DNA of 64,000 nucleotides from an uncultured Actinomycetes bacterium (GTDB lineage: Bacteria > Actinomycetota > UBA4738 > HRBIN12), in NCBI GenBank assembly GCA_963704725.1, contig OY969934.1, positions 1,568,001 through 1,632,000 on the forward strand, read 5' to 3'. The notes beneath the pieces were generated by a model, which was not told where the DNA came from, ran no database searches, and saw only the letters and a list, made by a program, of their open reading frames with translations. The translations under genes were made by a program, and so were the position numbers. Shown one piece after another: positions 61,070 to 64,000 of the stretch (its first letter is position 1; the number at the start of each line of letters is the position of its first letter).

Positions 61070-62071
61070 GTGGTCACCCCCCGCGAGCGCACCGAGGAGA
61101 TCGAGCGCGACACGCTGTCGCCGAACGCGACGCTCGCCTCGGCCAGCAAGGGCCGCGAGACCGAGGAGCCCCCGGACCCGCTCCGGACCTGCTACCAGCG
61201 CGACCGCGACCGGATCGTGCACTCCAAGGCTTTCCGCCGGCTCAAGCACAAGACGCAGGTGTTCCTCGCGCCCGAGGGTGACCACTACCGGGTCCGGCTG
61301 ACGCACACGCTCGAGGTCAGCCAGATCGCGAGGACCGCCGCTCGCGCCCTCCGGCTGAACGAGGATCTCACCGAGGCCATCTCGCTGGGTCACGACCTGG
61401 GGCACACGCCGTTCGGGCACCTCGGCGAGCAGGCGCTGACGCCGTTCCTGGGACGGCCGTTTCGCCACAACGAGCAGAGCCTGCGGATCGTGGACCACCT
61501 GGAGAACGACGGCCGGGGCCTGAACCTGTCGTGGGAGGTTCGCGACGGCATCGTCAACCACACGTGGTCGATGCCGCAGCCCGCGACGCACGAGGCCCAG
61601 GTCGTCCGGTTCGCCGATCGGATCGCGTACATCAACCACGACGTGGATGACGCCGTGCGCGCCGGCGTCCTGGAGGAGGGCGAGCTCCCGGCCGAGGCGC
61701 TCGACGTCTTGGGGCAGACGCACTCGGCTCGGATCAACACGCTCGTCACGGACCTCGTCGAGCACTCGGGGGACGGAGCGGAGATCGGGCTCTCCGGCGA
61801 GCGCTTCCGGGCCCTCGACGTGCTCCGGGATTTCCTGTTCGACCGCGTCTACCTGCGGGACGAGGCCCGCGTGGAGCAGGACAAGGCGATCGGGCTGGTG
61901 CGAACGCTGTTCGCCCACTACCTCGAGCATCCCGAGGCGGTTCCGGAGGAGTACCATCGCGCACCGGGAGACCTTCCGACCCGCGTCGCCGACTACATCG
62001 CCGGCATGACGGATCGGTTCGCCCTCCGGGCCTACGAACGCCTCTACCTTCCCCAGGGCTGGCTCCTGTAG
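61070..62071 (+). CDS. dgt: dGTP triphosphohydrolase-like HD protein
   Basis: RDRDRIVHSKAFRRLKHKTQV, RLTHTLEV, GHDLGHTPFGH, YIAGMTD. Confidence 0.95.
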   Translation: MVTPRERTEEIERDTLSPNATLASASKGRETEEPPDPLRTCYQRDRDRIVHSKAFRRLKHKTQVFLAPEGDHYRVRLTHTLEVSQIARTAARALRLNEDLTEAISLGHDLGHTPFGHLGEQALTPFLGRPFRHNEQSLRIVDHLENDGRGLNLSWEVRDGIVNHTWSMPQPATHEAQVVRFADRIAYINHDVDDAVRAGVLEEGELPAEALDVLGQTHSARINTLVTDLVEHSGDGAEIGLSGERFRALDVLRDFLFDRVYLRDEARVEQDKAIGLVRTLFAHYLEHPEAVPEEYHRAPGDLPTRVADYIAGMTDRFALRAYERLYLPQGWLL

Positions 62072-62116
62072 CGGCGCGCGTTCGACAGCAGGGATCGACG
62101 AGGGGAAGGGATCGAG

Positions 62117-63898
62117 GTGGCGGGCCGGATCCGGGACGAGGACGTCCAGGCCGTCAAGGAGCGCACCGACATCGTCAAGCTCGTGTCGGGCTACCTGACC
62201 CTGAAGAAGACGGGGCACGACGCGTTCGGCGGGCTCTGTCCGTTCCACACCGAGAAGACGCCGTCGTTCTCGGTCTCGCCGGCCAAGGGGATGTACTACT
62301 GCTTCGGGTGCGGCGCCGGCGGCGACGCCATCCGGTTCCTGCGCGAGGTCGAGCACCTCGAGTTCGCGGAAGCGGTGGAGCGCCTGGCCAAGGATGCCGG
62401 CGTCACGCTCCGCTACGAGGGCGACTCTCCGGGGGAGCGGCGGGCCGCCGGCCGCCTGCAGTCCCTGCACCGGGCCAACGAGGAGGCGGCGGCGCTGTAC
62501 CACCGCACGCTGCTCGAGGGCCGCGAGGGCGAGGAGGCTCGCGCCTATCTGGCCGAGCGCGGGATCGACCGGGACGCCGCCGAGACGTTCGGCGTCGGCT
62601 ACGCACCGCGCTACCCGGACTTCCTCCTGCGAAGGCTCACCCGTTCCCTGTCGTCGGAGCTGCTCGTCGACGCCGGGCTGGCCATCCGCGACGGCGAGGG
62701 CAACGTCCGCGACCGGTTCCGCGGCCGCATCACGTTCCCCGTGCACGACCTGTCGGGCAAGTCGGTCGGGATCGGCGCCCGGATCCTGCCCGGCGGGAGG
62801 GAGGAGGGGCCGAAGTACCTCAACTCGCCGGAGACGCCCGTGTACCGCAAGAGCGAGGTGCTCTACAACCTGCACCGGGCCAAGGCCGCCGTCGCCCGGA
62901 GCGGCGAGATCTTCGTCGTCGAGGGGTACACCGACGTCATCGCGATGGCCCTCGCCGGGATCGAAACCGCCGTCGCGACGTGCGGGACGGCGCTCGGCGA
63001 GGGGCACTTCCGCCTCGCGTCTCGCTTCGCGCAGCGGATGGTGCTCGCGTTCGACTCCGACGAGGCCGGCGCCCGGGCGGCCGAGCGCGCCTTCCAGTAC
63101 CTGGAGACCTACCCGCTCCGGCCGGTCGTCCTGATCCTGCCCGAGGGCCAGGATCCCGCGGACTTCTGCCGGTCCCACGGCGGGGAGGCGCTCCGCGAGC
63201 TGGCGCGGGGGGCCATCCCCCTCGTCGAGTACATGCTCCTGCGAACGGTGAACCGCCAGGATCTGTCGACCGTCGAGGGCCAGAGCGCCGCGGTGGCGGC
63301 AGCCCTGCCCATGCTGGAGCAGCTGCGCGATCCCGTTCGGCAGTCGGAGTACGCGCACACGCTCGCTGAGCTCGCCGGCGTGACCGAGTCCTCCGTGGTG
63401 ATGGCGCTCGACCGGCGGATGGCCGGCCGGCCCGTCGAGGTGCAGCAGGCGATCAAGCGCGCCTCCGCTCAGGAACGGGTGGAGCGAGAGATGCTGCACC
63501 TGCTCGCGCGCGACGTCGAGATTTTCGCGGCGTTCTCGAAGCGCCTTGCCCCGGAGCACTTCCAGACGGCGCGCAACCGGGACCTCCTGTCGCTTCTGCT
63601 CGAGACGGACGGCGAGGTCGGCGGCTTCGTGGCGCGCTCGCAGGACGACAAAGCCGTGCGCGCGTTGTCCGCGCTCGCACTCGCGCCGATCGACGGGGAG
63701 TCGTCGGTCTCGTACGCGGAGAGCGTGTGGAAGCGGTTGCAGGAGTTCGATCTGAAGCGCAAGAGCGCCGCGCTTCGCCTGCGGCTGCAGAAACTGAACC
63801 CCACGACCGATCCTACGTACGACGAGCTCTTCCAGCAGCTGATCGCGATCGACGGCGACCTTCGGCGTCTCCGCGAGCGGGGCACCGTCGACGCTTGA
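62117..63898 (+). CDS. dnaG: DNA primase
   Basis: CPFHTEKTPSF zinc finger, KYLNSPET, VEGYTDV, FDSDEAG Toprim. Confidence 0.97.
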   Translation: MAGRIRDEDVQAVKERTDIVKLVSGYLTLKKTGHDAFGGLCPFHTEKTPSFSVSPAKGMYYCFGCGAGGDAIRFLREVEHLEFAEAVERLAKDAGVTLRYEGDSPGERRAAGRLQSLHRANEEAAALYHRTLLEGREGEEARAYLAERGIDRDAAETFGVGYAPRYPDFLLRRLTRSLSSELLVDAGLAIRDGEGNVRDRFRGRITFPVHDLSGKSVGIGARILPGGREEGPKYLNSPETPVYRKSEVLYNLHRAKAAVARSGEIFVVEGYTDVIAMALAGIETAVATCGTALGEGHFRLASRFAQRMVLAFDSDEAGARAAERAFQYLETYPLRPVVLILPEGQDPADFCRSHGGEALRELARGAIPLVEYMLLRTVNRQDLSTVEGQSAAVAAALPMLEQLRDPVRQSEYAHTLAELAGVTESSVVMALDRRMAGRPVEVQQAIKRASAQERVEREMLHLLARDVEIFAAFSKRLAPEHFQTARNRDLLSLLLETDGEVGGFVARSQDDKAVRALSALALAPIDGESSVSYAESVWKRLQEFDLKRKSAALRLRLQKLNPTTDPTYDELFQQLIAIDGDLRRLRERGTVDA

Positions 63899-63968
63899 CG
63901 CCGACGTGGGCGCCGCGGATTCGGGCTCGTACACTCTGCGGCATCCTCGACCCCCCGACGGGAGCGAC

Positions 63969-64000
63969 GTGGTGACGGAAGCGGCCCGCGATCTGGGCTT
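63969..64000 (+). CDS. Start of next gene (possibly rpoD by synteny), truncated by window edge
   Basis: GGGAG RBS and GTG after dnaG; only about 10 codons visible. Confidence 0.25.
   Translation, partial: MVTEAARDLG

Noticed and set aside
60407-63934. 1175-aa minus-strand ORF and similar long ORFs (9145-11064, 14678-17182, 19895-21940, 51693-54020)
   Set aside because: Antisense or off-frame shadows of well-supported genes, expected in high-GC DNA

Overview
High-GC bacterial chromosome segment, most likely from an Actinomycetota lineage (inferred from gene order, SigE-type ECF sigma factors, alpha2-type GlyRS and many leaderless starts). The core backbone is nadD-LCP-rsfS-tRNA-Ala ... leuS-tpl ... 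comEA-comEC-holA-rpsT-lepA-hemW-hrcA-dnaJ-HIT-phoH-ybeY-CNNM-cdd-era ... deoC-ALDH ... recO-uppS-glyQS ... ppdK ... dgt-dnaG. Accessory content: (1) a decayed tRNA-Ala island (about 2.3-8.0 kb) with a serine-integrase remnant, an IS256 lacking a target-site duplication, a headless putative toxin plus beta-propeller lipoprotein, a vapBC pair and two relic tRNA-Ala 3' ends; (2) two ECF sigma/anti-sigma pairs; (3) a candidate structured RNA with phased upstream repeats; (4) the most striking locus, an electron-transfer operon (47.9-54.1 kb) joining a cytoplasmic GltD/NfnB-like NAD(P)H flavoprotein with extra ferredoxin clusters to a split b6-type Rieske/cytochrome b complex and a cytochrome c fused to four apparently nucleotide-identical 375-bp blue-copper domains; (5) an M15 peptidase with three exported proteins. 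All calls come from reading the sequence; no database searches were run.
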